36,972 nucleotides of DNA from Reclinomonas americana ATCC 50394 (taxonomy: Eukaryota), in the NCBI GenBank assembly GCA_048213135.1, contig PS015120.1, forward strand, positions 181,538-218,509, written 5' to 3'. Positions 35,690 to 36,972 of the stretch are shown here, in pieces. The notes under the pieces were generated by a model. It was given only the letters and a program-made list of their open reading frames with translations. It did no database searches and was not told the DNA's origin. Position numbers and translations under genes: made by a program. The first letter of the stretch is position 1; every line of letters begins with the position of its first letter.

Positions 35690-35981
35690 AGAGAGAGAGT
35701 ACATTCCAGTCTGGCATTGACGCGCAATCAATCACATTTGTGAGTCGAGTTTCTCACTCACTCACTCACTCACTCTTTCCGCACTTCTTGTAGACTGCAA
35801 GGAGAAGTCCTCCATCAAGTTCGGCGATCCCATCAAGTGCCACAACTGCGGGCATCGCATTCTCTACAAGACGCGCACCAAGGAGAGTTGCGTGACTCAC
35901 TCTCTTTTGGCATCTCCTCTCTCTCTCTTTCTCAGCGTTCTCTTTGTCACACGCACAGGGATTCAGTACGTTGCGCGCTGA
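35491..35981 (+). CDS. RPB12: RNA polymerase subunit RPABC4 (copy 2)
   Basis: Same exon structure and protein as copy 1; synonymous GAA/GAG difference just before intron 2. Confidence 0.96.
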
Positions 35982-36095
35982 GCTGCGTGTCCGTGCGTGA
36001 GTCGTCGCTTCCAATGTAGATGGTGTGAATGTGCAAGACAGTTTGGGTGATACTTTACTACACACGGTGCGTATTACAACTACTGTTCCAGTGGA

Positions 36096-36972
36096 TTACA
36101 CGGGCCTGCTGCTGCTGTCACGTGGTCGCATGGGCGATTGGGTGCGTGAGGAGCTGCTGCCGTTGACGGTGAGGGAGGAACCCGACGATACGCGCACTAC
36201 GCCTGGCGCACTGCCAGCGCGTGGTGGTGATTGGTGGTGCTGGGCTGCAGCAGCAGCAGCGGCGGCGGCGGCGGCCTCGGCCACAAAGGAGACCGGTGGA
36301 AGCATGGGTGGGGCACGTGGCGCCGGCGAGGGGTGTCGTGGTGGTGAAGACGAGGATGGCGCAGCAGCAGCTGTTGCTGTTGTAGCAGCGGCAGCCACCA
36401 CAACCGCGGGAGGAAGCGGCACAGCCAGTGGGATGGATGCCGGCGGCGGCAACGGCATGGGTGGCGCCACGTATCGACGCACCTCGGCAGCCAGTGGCGC
36501 ATGTGGCGGTGGCGGCGACAGCCGGTAGCTGGCGGCCGTCACCAGTGCCGCCGCTGCGGCTGGCGACGATCGCATCGCCACGCTGACATTCATCTCGCCG
36601 TCTTTCGGCACCAGCGTGTACTCCCACTCTGTGACGACTGGCGGCAACGGCGCTGCGGCATCGGCAGCGGCCGCAGCGCTGGGGCCGGCTGCTGCTGCTG
36701 CTGCCACTGGGGGTGGGGGTGGTGGCGGTGGCGAAAACTCGAACTCGCGCAGCAAGTTGGCCGACACGAACTTGACCATGACCAGCTGCACACAAAAAAT
36801 GAGTGAGGCCGCCACCAGCACCACACAGAAGAAGAAAAAAGATAGCGCACCCCAATCGTCCTCCAAAAGCCCATGGCATCACCAACTCCAAATGTCCAGT
36901 AGGCCGGGAAGCGCGTATTACACCGACACTCGAGTGCCGACAGCGGTCTCCACGGCTGCGTCATTGACTGCA
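36096..36972 (-). CDS. Cys-less P450-like C-terminus (copy 2, 5'-partial)
   Basis: Near-identical to 33357-34227, with the same FGVGDAMGFW motif. Confidence 0.55.

Larger units (their letters stand above)
31533..36972. repeat. Direct duplication of a ~2.7 kb unit (31533-34227 and 34248-36972) separated by a 20-N gap
   Basis: Colinear near-identical copies, both ending in ...GCGTCATTGACTGCA. They differ by scattered SNPs and microsatellite or homopeptide length. Confidence 0.97.

Noticed and set aside
448-35893. GTTGCG introns as a family of mobile introner elements
   Set aside because: Beyond the first 6-7 nt and the 3' end the introns share no visible similarity, terminal inverted repeats or target duplications.
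1-36972. Stop-codon reassignment or frameshifting as the cause of the fragmented ORFs
   Set aside because: Nearly all interruptions resolve as introns with branch-like CTCAC/CTGAC motifs and YAG ends. TAA, TAG and TGA all end genes normally.
1-36972. CRISPR arrays, operons, transposases, rRNA or tRNA genes
   Set aside because: None seen. The repeats are microsatellites, homopeptide codon runs and the single duplication.

Overview
Gene-dense, intron-rich nuclear DNA from a GC-rich eukaryote, probably a protist; I cannot name the taxon from sequence alone. It is a draft scaffold with 12 N-gaps. The ORF track is misleading because most genes are split by 55-105 nt spliceosomal introns, so I spliced the genes by hand. 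In order they are: AMP deaminase, a LysM protein, a coiled-coil protein, a MOB-family protein with a polyproline tail, a mitochondrial carrier, a MATE transporter, a GH3 beta-xylosidase (middle block inverted between two gaps), an M1AP-like protein, a large low-complexity protein, an enoyl-CoA isomerase/hydratase, a hypothetical protein and NUDCD1. A ~2.7 kb unit then occurs twice, holding a double-homeodomain TALE gene, RPB12 and a P450-like C-terminus without the heme cysteine. The main signal is in splicing. When the exon ends in A, C or T, the donor is almost always the 1-nt-shifted GTTGCG(T) type (also GTTGAG, GTTACG, GCTGCG). When the exon ends in G, ordinary GTGAG/GTGCG/GTACG-type donors dominate. 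There is also an AT-AC intron lacking U12 signals and several GC-AG introns. All gene models are manual and have no transcript support.
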